From positions 1 through 64,000 of the forward strand of contig NOWV01000128.1 of the NCBI GenBank assembly GCA_003344405.1: DNA of 64,000 nucleotides, in the 5' to 3' direction. The stretch is from Trichoplax sp. H2. Its lineage: Eukaryota. Shown piece by piece: positions 14,436 to 27,627 of the stretch (position 1 is the stretch's first letter; each line of letters opens with the position of its first letter). A program made the position numbers and the translations under genes. Under the pieces are notes generated by a model, which was not told the DNA's origin, did no database searches, and saw only the letters and a program-made list of their open reading frames with translations.

Positions 14436-15569
14436 ATGGCCGTCAATTTATTGGATAAGTCTTCGATAAATCAAAGTCTTCTTAGTGATGAAGACCAATT
14501 TGGACGTGATTGGCATGTAAAACGTTTTATGCATATACTTTATGGCGTGTTAGCTTCTTTGGCCATCTTAGGTAATTTTATGGTATGTTTCGTTATCGTA
14601 ACAACAAAAAATGGGAGAATGATGAAGTCTGGATTAAATTTGCTAATTTTAAGCATGGCTATGATGGATGCAGCTACAGGAATAATGATGTTTGTTGTCC
14701 CTTCATTTGTTGTTCCAGCTGCAGATTACACCTATCCGAGTAATAATATCTCGGGAACGATATTTTGCCGCGTATTTGCTTCGCAATATGCAATTTTTTA
14801 TTTTGGTTTTGGCTCAGTTTTTACCATTACCGCTATTGCTATCGAAAGGTGGATTGCTGTCGCTAGACCATATACATACCGAAATATTGTAACTATAAAA
14901 AGAACTAAACGATTTTTAGTCGGTCTATGGGTATTCAATACTGTTATATCAATTGATATCCTGCTTCAACGAGATTATGATAGCAATGAGCAGCCTCCAT
15001 GCAAATGGAATTCTTTCATTCGACATCCACCAGGGCAATATCTGTTCATTGTAATGGAAATTCTACGTTTATTTCTACCGTTTATCATCATTATAGCATG
15101 TTATATTGACATAATAAGGAGAATTATTACAGCGATACCTGGATTATCGGTGGCCAAGGCCAATTGGAACCGAGCCTCATCTATGTTGGTAATAGTAAGG
15201 AATCCCAGTTCAATCAGAGCTAGACGTAGAGTAACTATCATGGTAGCAATATCAGCTTTAGCTTTTATGATATGTTGGTTACCAAACGAATTCTATTTTA
15301 CGCTATATGTTCTCAATGTTATACCTTATAATATTGATGTCATTCGATTTACCAAGACACTGATTGTAGTAAGCTCATGCTTGAGTCCTCTAATCTATTC
15401 TGCCACTAATGAAGACTATCGGCAAGGTATCTGGGCGCTTGTAAGCAGTTGCAAATTTCGAAAATCACCGCGAATAGATACGAAATACCCCCAAAAAAGT
15501 ATTTTAAATGTAGAAAATAGTAGGAATATTGTAACACAACAGACTCACGAAACTGAAGGAAGCAATTAA
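14436..15569 (+). CDS. Intronless class A (rhodopsin-family) orphan GPCR, copy 1, 377 aa
   Basis: Seven hydrophobic segments; GN in TM1, D in TM2, C at top of TM3, ERW (DRY variant), W in TM4, CWLP in TM6, SPLIY (NPxxY variant). Confidence 0.95.
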   Translation: MAVNLLDKSSINQSLLSDEDQFGRDWHVKRFMHILYGVLASLAILGNFMVCFVIVTTKNGRMMKSGLNLLILSMAMMDAATGIMMFVVPSFVVPAADYTYPSNNISGTIFCRVFASQYAIFYFGFGSVFTITAIAIERWIAVARPYTYRNIVTIKRTKRFLVGLWVFNTVISIDILLQRDYDSNEQPPCKWNSFIRHPPGQYLFIVMEILRLFLPFIIIIACYIDIIRRIITAIPGLSVAKANWNRASSMLVIVRNPSSIRARRRVTIMVAISALAFMICWLPNEFYFTLYVLNVIPYNIDVIRFTKTLIVVSSCLSPLIYSATNEDYRQGIWALVSSCKFRKSPRIDTKYPQKSILNVENSRNIVTQQTHETEGSN

Positions 15570-18500
15570 GTTTATGGGCCGATGTAATTGAATTATGCAT
15601 GCAGTTCTTTTAAAAGCAGTGCTGGCGTAAGAATCAAATATTTAATATTGAAAAGAAAGAATCTTATCACATTGGTAGGAGTGAATCTGATCAATGATTG
15701 CTTTGCTGGCAAATTATGCAATAATCTAAAATAACTGATCTTTACTGTGCGATAGCACTATTATCCTTTGATAAATGCTTGCATAATAGACTCTCATAAG
15801 CACGAAGAAATTACTAATAGAAGTAGAAAGTGCTACTTGTTAATATTTACGGTAATTAAATTACAATGCGAAATTGATGCTTGAAACTGATTTCTGCTAC
15901 TATTCGGAAAAGCTGGTCTGCTAATGCTATTAATTTTAAAGATTTCTAATGTATAAGTACATAAGGTAGATTACACTTTATATCTTCACATTTTAATTCA
16001 ATCTCATTAGCCTTTAATTGTTAGTCAACTAATGATGTGAGATTGAAAATTTTGATGTTACTCTCCTGGTACTGGTAGTTTGAATATTTGGCAAATTTTA
16101 CCAAAACAATATGAGCGATAGAAAGAATTTAGGTTATTACTGAAGTAAGTTAGCTCAGTTTTTGCATTTGGTGACCGTCCATTTCTATAACAACGCCTCT
16201 TGTTTAAGGTTCTAAATGCTCTTACATGTAAGTCTATAATATCCTACCGAGGGTAAAATATACTTATCAGCTATACGTATATCGATATAGCTTTTGAGTT
16301 TTAATGATATTTCCTTGCATTAATTCTATTGGCAGCACTTGGAATTGACCAATGTGAATTATTTGTAATCTTTTCAAGGGCATCCTTCATATGTGATGAT
16401 CGTATAATAAAACATTCTATACCTTATTCTACGCTATTATCTGGGCAGTCTTAAAAATTGTATTTTAAATATAAAATAATTCTTGTAGAACTATTTAACG
16501 TTATTTTACTTTGATTCCTATAGTTCAACGTGATATAACTAAATCTTGAAGGTGAAAAATGACAATAATAGTAAAAAATAGATGCTTGTGTTGATAGGGA
16601 TTGATTCTGTTTATTTTTACTGCATCCTAGAAGTTCGCAATGTTCTATACAGAATTCATGAATTACAGTCGCTTTGATTTTAAGACGCTCTTTAGAATAA
16701 AGTTATCTGATGCAATATTTATAACTACATTAATAAAAGATGTCCTAAATTGATATTTACGAAATTGAAATTGATGCATTTGCGTAAAATCGACTTTATT
16801 ATTATTCTTGATGGGGTTCATTTGCATAAGGTTCTAAGGTTGTTTTCTCTAAGCGGAAAATTGCTCTTCGGGTAAATCTCAATAAATTGTGGTAGAATTT
16901 ATGCGGACACTTAACTATGAGATCGGGTAACTTTTATAAATCGCATTTCAGTCTATCTATAGTAATTATAGTAGCATCCGTTGTAGTTTTTGTAATTTCT
17001 ACTGGATTCTTGATCCCAGTTTTTGAGGGCCAAATTATTCATTACAACTACTAATATATTGAAACAGATTCAAATTCAAAGATAGTATAAAGTTACCGTT
17101 TTGATCCGCTGGCTTTATCCAAGTATCTATGAGCAAATATATATTTGATTAAATTTATCAAAATTATAGTCTAGTCTTAAAATTCTCATGCTTGTAGATT
17201 GATATAAATGGACAAAAAAATTCCATAGCAACTATGGATTTTATACGTTAAAATGCGTTCATGTTTAGCTTTACATGAGTGAAAGAAAATGCACAAATTG
17301 AACTTTACAGTAAAAGCTTTCAAGGCTTGATATCGAACCTCTGGCAGATGTAAATTATAATATTAACTAGCATTCCTTATTTCCAGCAATATTTTCAAAA
17401 GCAATTATTCGACGTAGAGATATCAAAACTATAAATAGCTGTAACATAATTAAAAAAGATACACACTATACAATGTGTGAATAGCCTGTTTTTGCTAATA
17501 TTGCTAAATAACTATTATTTCCTCTCAACGGTAAAATTTCGGAAGTTATTTAGAGTAGCGTCTTTATTCTGTCCTTAGATGCTAAAATAAAATGAGATGC
17601 TTTTGATGTCTAGTATAGAAAGTACCATTAAAGGTTTAGACTCAATATTTATAATCTGTGTTGTATTTAGAAGGTAAAAGCTGATAAAATTAAAGATGAT
17701 GTATAGATATATCGAGGGGAATTTACGAGATCAGTCATATTATGAAACGCCTAAGAGTTATCAGGCAGTGTGGCCTTTAAATTATGTATAAGCTATACGC
17801 CCCTTAGTTACATTGTGGATCTAATAATTAGTTGTATAAGAGTATTGTAGATTGGATATCCCATATATTCCATTCTAAATCAAATATATGAGTTTACTGA
17901 TTTCGAAGATTGGCAATAGTGGTAGCTAAAATTTTCACAATAGCTGCGTGATCTTTTAACTGTTCTTGAGATCTAAACAACAACCTACATCTTTTATTTT
18001 GCCTCGAAGGGGTGCTGCCTAATAGAACAGTAATACATTGCCACGAAATAATTTTAGTATCCATGAGTTTAGCCAATTTTTTTGCCTTCTATTGTCGGAC
18101 AACATATGGCTTTAATGACCTTTAGATTAGTAATAATCGAATGATATTTATGGCTAAAATACCATATATTAAAAAAATTTATTACAAGGTTCAAATTTCT
18201 AGAGATTGTAATCTATTTTACGAGTATTTTAATACTATATCACAGAATAATTAGGTTCTATAAATGAAGTTTATTGCTATAGCAACGACTAGAGTATGAC
18301 TTCTTTCATTAATTAAATTAGTTTATAATATAGGAGGGAGTAGTATACCTATGATTTATCATTTTACATCAATTTTCATCATCTAGCGTGATCTACCTCA
18401 AATTTTCGTGGTATAATATATTGACTATGAAGAAAATGTGATTTTTTACGTAGATCTTCTTAAATTTCTATAGTTTGTGAAAATTATGCCATGTCATATC

Positions 18501-21500
18501 GTTTCTAACTTTCTATGATTCTATTTGAATCTCTAAAGTTTTTACCGTTGTGTCATCGTATTTTATTTTACGATTGCATTTCAATACTTCTAGACAAGTA
18601 AAAGGTATTTTGAAATATGATTATAAATATATCACCACTCAAAATCTATATGTAGTCTAAATATGTAAATTATCCTAAAATGATGGGAGTCAATATTTGA
18701 ATGCGATTATACCGTCGGTTTTTCTATTTTTACTTTGATATAAATGCTCGAGAAGATTCAGATGATTAAATAATATTTAGCGTAATTAGATCCTATTCAT
18801 TGAGCTATTCGCTTAGACCGAATGATAAAGATTTATCTATTTGTTTAATTAAGATTTAGAATTAATAATCGTTCGTTTCCAACGCTTATTTGTATAATGT
18901 GTAAATTGTTTATTAAAATCGCCAGTTTGACACCGCTTAAAATAGTTTACTAGTATTAACAATAAATGAAAAAATGTAACTATACAGGCTAATTGATCAA
19001 AAATTCCCGTAAATAATAACCCCGAGTTACCGTTATTACCTCATTTTCTTATGATCACTTTTTTTCAAAGCAATCACTGTCTCCTAACCTTTATACAAGA
19101 ATCTTTGCGCCCGTACAATAGCATGATATTTAATATTATTAATTAGAGAGATAGTTAGCTATTCTTATGTTATATCATTTCTATTTAAATTTATATATAT
19201 GCACGGCACGATAGCTCACAAATGATGTCTTGGCTTCACCTTCTCGATAAAGTGATACAATACTTTCATATGATGGAATACCTCATCACAGATTAAGAAG
19301 CGACCAAACATAAGTTTCTTTGTAAAGGCGAGCATAAAATATTTTCCCATTTTTTAGCGAAATAAATTATATCTGTTCGCCAATGACGGCAAATTGAACT
19401 CGAAAATAGCTTGGATAATATAGCTTGCAAGGTGATAGACGTTTGCCATGATTGACTACATCTTCAGGCTAAAAACTAAGTAAGAATGTTAAGTTTTTCT
19501 GCTTGGAATAAGTTAAAGAAAAAAAAAGCTTATTAAAAATGTTAAGGGTAGAGAAGAAGCACTGAAATATATCGAGTTTTGTTTAGCCAGGCTAAATTCC
19601 GAAATTTACGATAGTACAGAATATTATTTATTGCAAAGAGATTGGAAAGGGAGAATAAAGGTAAACCACATTAATTAATTAAATATATTGGATACTAATG
19701 GTTATTTTATTTGTACAGAAAACAGCTAGAATATCTAGGCCAATTCTCTAGTAGACGAAGTACTTAATATTACTATCTAGTTAGGTAATTTAACTTTAGA
19801 CTTTTTAAAGTATCCTTTCTAGTGATAGATACTGCCGTCATTCAATTGATTAAGGACAATAGTGACAGAAATAAAAATATTGGAAAATGCAAAGGCCGCA
19901 TAACCATTGGCTTTTTAAAATATCTTTTATAGCTATACATTGCTTCTATTATTCAATTGCGATCTTGATGGAGATGACATTATTGTAATGCACATTAGTA
20001 TTTTCCGGTTTTAATTATCTGCTAAGAGTATATTATTCAATAAATTCTATGCTGTAAGAGTTTCCTCTTCGAACACTTTATTCGATGTAGTATTTATTTT
20101 TTGCCCAAATGAAATGATCGAACGAATTTTCCAGCACAATAAATGACTATGGAAAAAGCAATGTAGCAAAATGAACTGAACACTTGCCTTGGCGCTATCT
20201 CACCATAGAGAACCACAATTTTAACAATTCTTAGTGACATAGTTTTATATAGATTAGGAGATACTGTAGTTCATACTGTGCTTTACAAAACTTATGCTGT
20301 AATATTTGATTGTGACTAATTTACATTGAATAACATATAAAATCTAGATGTTTATGTTATTAGAGGTTTTGTAAAATAACTGATTTTCATAATGACGGTA
20401 ACAGTACTACCTGATTTTATAAGCGCTTTTGATACTTTTTCACAATACCATCATTATTTTAAAGTATAAATCTTATAATTTTGAACATTAAAACGTACTT
20501 AAGTAAAAATAGGCCTTAAAATAGGACTTTTATGCTTTTAGAAAATCGTTAGAAAAAGTGAGATATCGTAGGAAAATCTGTTTACATATTTATTAGAGTG
20601 ATGAACACTAAATTAAGAAATAGAGATAGCAATAATATATTTACTCATAGACGTTTTCTATACAACCAGAGTTTCTCTTAAAATAAAGGTAACTGTTGGG
20701 AACGACTTTAGTTCAAAACTTGACTTTGTTTCTTAAGCTAACTTGTACTTTTCTTGATCCTACTACTGAGTTGAGACAATATTATTAAGAACCTTCTTGT
20801 TACTACTGTATAAAATAGGTCTATAAGGCCGGCGCTTTGTATAATAAAGTTAGTTCATAAGTGCAGAGCTTAACGTAAAAATCAAAGACGTACAAATCGC
20901 TAGAAATCGATAGGATTAGAGATAAGTGCTCTCAAGTGTTTCTTAGACAGATTTTAGTACCCTGATACATGGTCCAAAGGGAATATATGTAGAATTAGTT
21001 TCTTGTTATCTTATTAAAAATCTGGCTTGTGACTGCAACTTTACGCTATCATAAATCTTTAGTGAGATTGGTAGTTATTAGTCTTCAAATAGCGATATGG
21101 AAAGCTATGGAATTCAGGTACATTTATTATAATAATTTTTAAACCGATCTGTGAAACAAGATAAATCTGTACGTAATGCTAGATTAACCTATTTAGTTAT
21201 TCTATGGCGTCGAAATATCTCGCTTGCATTATTGAAAACTCGGATAGCAACCATTACTCAAATTACTCAGATTGCTTACTATTCCGCAAGCATAGTGTGC
21301 AAATTAATGGTAACAGTAGGATATTTTAGGTCATAGTTTATAGGCTACCGATCATCATTTACGTATTTATTGTTCGCTAAAAAATTCGGTGTACAGGTTA
21401 AATAGACAGTGATCTATTAAATTTAGGAAATTGCTTCCATGAAGATCCTGTTGTTTCTGTTTTATGGTAAGCAAAATCATTTCAAATTAGCAATTTGCTT

Positions 21501-21868
21501 ACCTGTTACTATAGATGATTGCATTTACAAATTTCTTTTCGACATACCAAGTACTGATTTCGCTGCTTTTGTAATGTTACTATATCATATCTGCTAAGCT
21601 TCTGATTGTCGCTAATGATAGTAACAGAACATTTAATAATTACTTTAAAATAGCACTAGATCAATAACAATATAATAAGAATTTCCTCGCTAGCTATTTT
21701 ATTACTATAGATGCAAATTATGAGAAATTCATTAAACCTCTCTTATAAATATTGGGTTAAAATTAATTTTGAATGAATTCTTCCTATTTACAGCGTTTGC
21801 TTTGCCCTCTATAGCATTTTTTGGTAGATGTGAAATGACCAAAATTAATAAAAGCTTCATTTTGAATG

Positions 21869-23153
21869 GTTAGTCCAAATTATTTATTGAATATATTATT
21901 TTTATCTACATTGGTCGCTAAAAATTTTCGCTCGGTAGTTAATGTCCAGTAAGCAAATCAAATGCCAAATTTTGATGAGTTTAAACCGGTCATAGGCAAA
22001 ATTCTTTTACTTCGATACGAAATGGCATTCGTCGAATAGTAGCTTATTAGGCATCAGTCTCATGCCGCAAATCAAAATCTGTTGTTTCTTGCCATGCTGG
22101 TAAGCAATAGGAAATGGATTCCTAGAGACCTATCAATGTTATGAATCATATTCACTTCTCTACAGAAGCAAAGTATTCGTCAACACGGCTCTACTAGATT
22201 TTGGATATCTTTATTTACAATCTTTAAAAATCGTTTCATGTTAGCTAGCATTTAGTACTGGCATATGATATCCTTCAATAAAGTGCTGTNNNNNNNNNNN
22301 NNNNNNNNNGTTAGTCCAAATTATTTATTGAATATATTATTTTTATCTACATTGGTCGCTAAAAATTTTCGCTCGGTAGTTAATGTCCAGTAAGCAAATC
22401 AAATGCCAAATTTTGATGAGTTTAAACCGGTCATAGGCAAAATTCTTTTACTTCGATACGAAATGGCATTCGTCGAATAGTAGCTTATTAGGCATTGTAA
22501 TAAAGTGTCTATCGAAACGCAACGACTTCCACAACTTGAAGGAAAATCACTTTATTACAATAATTACGTCTTCTACCAAGGACTAGATTATCTATGGCTA
22601 CTCTGTCTTCGGAGATAAAATCTCCTGCTTATATACAATTGTGTACAGAGTATCTTCGTGACACATAAATCATTATCTGCCTTAATAAGGCTAACATCAC
22701 ACCTCTAGCGTACCTGGAGGTGCCAAGCAGTATGACTAATAACTTTTACAATCCGTATTGCAATTACTAATACAAATCCTCACATATTTAATCTCACTCT
22801 ACGATCTAGCACTTATACAAGGGTATCTATCTTAATTAGCCTAGTAATTACGTCATGCACGATATTCACACATACTGTATATAATCTTAAGCTATATTTG
22901 GGCTGCACTACAGGCATCAGTCTCATACCGCAAATCAAAATCTGTTGTTTCTTGCCATGCTGGTAAGCAATAGAAAATGGATTCCTAGAGACCTATCAAT
23001 GTTATGAATCATATTCACTTCTCTACAGAAGCAAAAGTATTCATCAACACGGCTCTACTACATTTTGGATATCTTTATTTACAATCTTTAAAAATCGTTT
23101 CATGTTAGCTAGCATTTAGTACTGGCATATGATATCCTTCAATAAAGTGCTGT
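21869..23153. other. Two haplotypes assembled in tandem across a 20-N gap (21869-22289 vs 22310-23153)
   Basis: Sequence right of the gap restarts at GTTAGTCCAAATT and repeats the ~420 bp left of the gap. It differs by about 5 substitutions or indels plus one 417-bp insertion. Confidence 0.8.
22496..22912 (-). mobile_element. Solo-LTR-like insertion (417 bp) with 5-bp target-site duplication GGCAT
   Basis: Begins TGTAA and ends CTACA (TG...CA termini). Flanked by GGCAT at 22491-22495 and 22913-22917, and the empty site has a single GGCAT at 22050-22054. On the minus strand a TATATAAG (~22635-22628) precedes AATAAA (22556-22551) near the 3' end. Confidence 0.85.
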
Positions 23154-26100
23154 GGAATAGGAAGTATGTATCATTGAATAGATCCTAGCAATATTACACT
23201 TGCATGATTGTTCTGCTAATTTTTTTCCTAGAATTCAGATGCTATTTATAATCTGTTTGATATCTGAATTGCAATATTTCATGTTTACAATAGGTTCGAT
23301 TTCTGTTAATAAATTAGCTTATAAGAATTAAAAATACGGAGAAAAGTAACCATTATCTGCTGTGATACGTTTAAAATTGTGCCCTTCATATTCCGATGTC
23401 CTCAAAATTTTCTTTTAAGCATAAAATGTAGAGATATAAACCGGCGCAAGAATGAAATTTTTAACATTTATTCGATAATAGTATATTATTAAGACTCGAA
23501 GTTGCATAATTCGTATGATTACAAAAACAGTAACAAGTTCAATTCAATGCCAGTCGGGCAATCATTATTGAATGGGCCACTGATCGGATACAGCACTGTT
23601 GCAATTTTTAATCACTTTTGCATATTTTAAGGATAACTGATACATGATTCAGTTTAAATAAAGACGAGGATCTAACCGTATTATGTCGAAAACCGATTAG
23701 CCGACTAAGTATTCTGCTGGTTGCTAGAATATTTATTGACTGCTGGTTGGATCCAAGTAAGGAGTGAAAAGCGGTATGGGTACACTAGCCGTTGTGATAT
23801 TCGCTGATCGAAAATTCTTACAGTTGTTAAACATAAATTAATTACAAACAACAGATCGGTCCATTTAAGAAAGTGAAGAATTATTTTATATAATGAAGGA
23901 TAACTAGAAAATTTTTTGTAATGATGTTATAATTGCTACTGTTGCTACTCTATTTATCAGCTTCCACCAGCTAAAATAGTTCAGAAAAAAATATGTTAAA
24001 CAATGCTTGAAATCGAAATCAGTTAGAGATTTTACCTAGAAAATGATTCGATCACCACAAATAGACCAAATTGCGGGTGGATTTGTTGTATTATACCATC
24101 ATACTGAGAATCCATTTTATAATCTTTCGCTGTTTGTTGGTGCATTAATTCAATTACTCCGATAGAAGAGCGCACAAAGAGCTCATTTCTTTGCAAAAAT
24201 AATTGTATTGATAGTTCAATCGATATTTCTGATAATTGTCACCACCATATTTTTGCTGATCGCGATGAAATAGTCTGATTGAGAAATGAGCCAAGATTTT
24301 ACTATATCTTTTTATAAAATCTTGCATATTATGGATGAAATCTAAACTGAAATAGTATTTTAAAATCGCGTATAAAAGATATTTTAAATAATATCTTATT
24401 GTCTAAATATTGCCTATAGGCAATTAACTTGAATATCATCTTGAAATGTACTTTTAGGAACTTATAAAATATCAACCATGACTTGTTCACATACACGCCT
24501 CGGTGAGAAAGTTATATTTCATAATATACATAGAAAAATGTTCTTGCTAAATATTGATGCTAAGTTTATAATGCATCGATAATCCCTATCGATTAATTGC
24601 TTATACCCAAGGTAAATAAAACTATAGTATAAATTCGGTCTTTTTAAAGCTAGAGAATTATATTTCTATTATCGAAATTTATAAATAACACAAGTTGCAG
24701 AAGGTGACTGTTGCTGTCTGTAATAGTAAAATTACGTATTTTGACTATTTACTTGCTGATACTATTATAAAAGTGGGCTATAGAAAATTCAGTAACGATG
24801 TGACTATGAAAGTTATAATATTACTTTTGCACACTCCATTACCCATGTTCACTTCCAATTTAATCTTTATTGAAAACTGTGACTACATAGAGTTATAAAT
24901 GGTGGAATTTGCAATAATTGAGTAAATAAAGTTAAATACTAGGGAATATCTTAATCAATGCAATTGCATTTAATATTTTATTAACTGCAATATCTCTGGT
25001 CTATGGATTGTTGCAACAATACTTTATAGTGTAAATTACTAATTAGAGTCTAATTTCTAGAATTTAATTCGATTAGGCAATTAATTTCTCTTTGTATTGT
25101 TATATTTCTACAGCTGTGATGAACTTGCGCCATTTGAAATTTATTTAAGATGATATATAATGGCACTAAATAATGTATTTAGATCCAGTCGTGGGAATAA
25201 ATGCTTTCCTTTTTGAACGAATGAAACTTGGCTTTAGTATTTGAAAGAAAGAAGTTTTCTTATTTTACATGGAAGAAATAAATAGTAGTAGGTTGTATAC
25301 AGTACATTATCTTATATAGTTGTAATTTGATATACTTCGTATGATATAATGCACACTTAACTGAGCTTCCGAATCAACAATTTTCAATGAAAGCTTGATT
25401 AAGTTTATTCTTTCTCTTTTATCGAGCTTGTGATCTTATTTCGAGCAGATGTTATGTACTTTATTATGATATCGAGTTGCTTTAAAAGGAGAAATTTGTT
25501 TCCTACAAATATTTTTAAGGGTAAGTCGTTCTACTATACGAATGAAATAATTGACGTTAAAATGTTATCCCTGACGGCCTTTATAATTAATATCAATAAT
25601 TAACAACAAGGGAAATAAACTTCATCATTATAACTTCATTAAACCTATTTCTTACCCGTGCTAAATATTATTATAATATAATGATTCGATAAAGGATAAA
25701 GTCCTTCTTATATTCTAGCGATGAAGATAGTCTAATAATGCCAGTCACGACTCTAAGTACCTGAATAGTTAATTTAACAATAAAAGATTCCGTAACTGTG
25801 ATTGGTGTCGAAAAAAATAACTAGCATTTAAGTGATAACTAAGCGTGACGATACAAATAATTAAATTCATGATCGTCATCGCAAATAGCTTTATTTTAGG
25901 GTGGGAAAAAGTTGTATTTAATGAATGTTAACTATTTTTTATAAGCAATAATAAAAAGTTTTGATAGACTGAATAACTATTTCCTGAATAATAGATGGAA
26001 CAAAACAATTTGTTCTATTTTCAATAATTTTACTGATACTATTAAATGCTTTAATAATATTGAGTTTTGAAATGATACTTAATCTTCAATTTCTGGCTTT

Positions 26101-26496
26101 ATCTAACTAAATATATTAGTGATTCATTAGAGGTTGAATAATCCCTTCTTGAATTTAATAATTAAATTAAGTGCTATTGATTTTTTAAACTCTTAAATAT
26201 TTTGTGCGGCCATTACATTGCAATAATAGTAATTTTGTAGAAAAGTGTTGCAGTTAGAATCTTTGATTTAAATTCTGTAGCATAATTAGGTCAATTATAG
26301 AATATTACGCACATTTTTACTCGCAAAAGCGAGGATAGATTAGACGTATATTGTCTAAAATACAATAAAACTAATATTGAAGTCCTTCGCAGACTTTTCA
26401 GTAAATGATATCTTAGCAGTAAAGCGATCGAAAATTAAGTATTTCACATCCAATTTAGTTGAAGAAAATTTTAATTCAGAAAGCAAAACTTTCACT

Positions 26497-27627
26497 ATGG
26501 CGGTAAACATATTGAATAAGTCGATGAATCAGAGTCTTCTTGATGATGAAGATAAATTTGGTCGCGATTGGCATGTAAAACGTTTTATGCATATACTTTA
26601 TGGCGTGTTAGCTTCTTTGGCCATCTTAGGTAATTTAATGGTATGTTTCGTTATCGTAACAACAAAAAATGGGAGAATGATGAAGTCTGGATTAAATTTG
26701 CTGATTTTAAGCATGGCAGTGATGGATGCAGCTACAGGAATAATGATGTTTGTTGTCCCTTCATTTGTTGTTCCAGCTGCAAATTACACTTATCCGAAAA
26801 ACAAAATCTCGGGAACAATATTTTGCCGCGTATTTGCTTCGCAATATGCAATTTTTTATTTTGGTTTTGGCTCAGTTTTTACCATTACCGCTATTGCTAT
26901 CGAAAGGTGGATTGCTGTCGCTAGACCATATACATACCGAAATATTGTAACTATAAAAAGAACTAAACGATTTTTAGTCGGTCTATGGGTATTCAATACT
27001 GTTATATCAATTGATATCCTGCTTCAACGAGATTATGTTAGCAATGAACAGCCTCCATGTAAATGGAATTCTTTCATTCGACATCCACCAGGGATATATC
27101 TGTTCATTGTAATGGAAATTCTACGTTTATTTCTACCGTTTATCATCATTATAGCATGTTATGTTGACATAATAAGAAGAATTATTACAGCTACACCTGC
27201 ATTATCGGTAGCCAAGTCCAATCGGAATCGCGCACCAGCTATGTCAATAGTCGGAAGGAATCACAGTTCAATCAGAGCTAGACGTAGAGTAACTATCATG
27301 GTAGCAATATCAGCTTTAGCTTTTATGATATGTTGGTTACCAAACGAACTCTATTTTACGTTATATGCTCTTAACGCTATATCTTATAATATTGATGTTA
27401 TTCGATTTACCAAGACACTGATTGTCGGTAGTTCATGTTTGAGTCCTCTAATCTATTCTGCCGCTAACGAAGACTATCGACGAGGTATCTGGTCACTTGT
27501 ATGCAATTATAAATTTCGAAAATCCCCACGAATAAGTACAAAATACCCCCGAAGTGTTATTTTAAATGTAGAAAGTAGTAGAAATTTTATAACACAACAA
27601 ACTCCCGAAGCTGAAAGAAGAAATTAA
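26497..27627 (+). CDS. Intronless class A orphan GPCR, copy 2, 376 aa
   Basis: Paralog of 14436-15569 with the same motifs. Start placed at ATG 26497 (TTCACTATGG context, equivalent to copy 1) rather than the upstream TTG of the ORF track. Confidence 0.95.
   Translation: MAVNILNKSMNQSLLDDEDKFGRDWHVKRFMHILYGVLASLAILGNLMVCFVIVTTKNGRMMKSGLNLLILSMAVMDAATGIMMFVVPSFVVPAANYTYPKNKISGTIFCRVFASQYAIFYFGFGSVFTITAIAIERWIAVARPYTYRNIVTIKRTKRFLVGLWVFNTVISIDILLQRDYVSNEQPPCKWNSFIRHPPGIYLFIVMEILRLFLPFIIIIACYVDIIRRIITATPALSVAKSNRNRAPAMSIVGRNHSSIRARRRVTIMVAISALAFMICWLPNELYFTLYALNAISYNIDVIRFTKTLIVGSSCLSPLIYSAANEDYRRGIWSLVCNYKFRKSPRISTKYPRSVILNVESSRNFITQQTPEAERRN

Noticed and set aside
14692-14892. Overlapping alternative-frame ORF conserved in both GPCR copies (also 26750-26950)
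   Set aside because: Its conservation simply follows the near-identity of the underlying GPCR DNA.
21869-22289. Recent true tandem duplication next to the gap
   Set aside because: The duplicate begins exactly at an N-gap and differs by about 1% plus an indel, which is more simply explained as unmerged alleles.
26377-26496. 40-aa N-terminal extension of GPCR copy 2 from a TTG start
   Set aside because: TTG start in a eukaryote, and the homologous stretch in copy 1 is not open in frame with its ATG.
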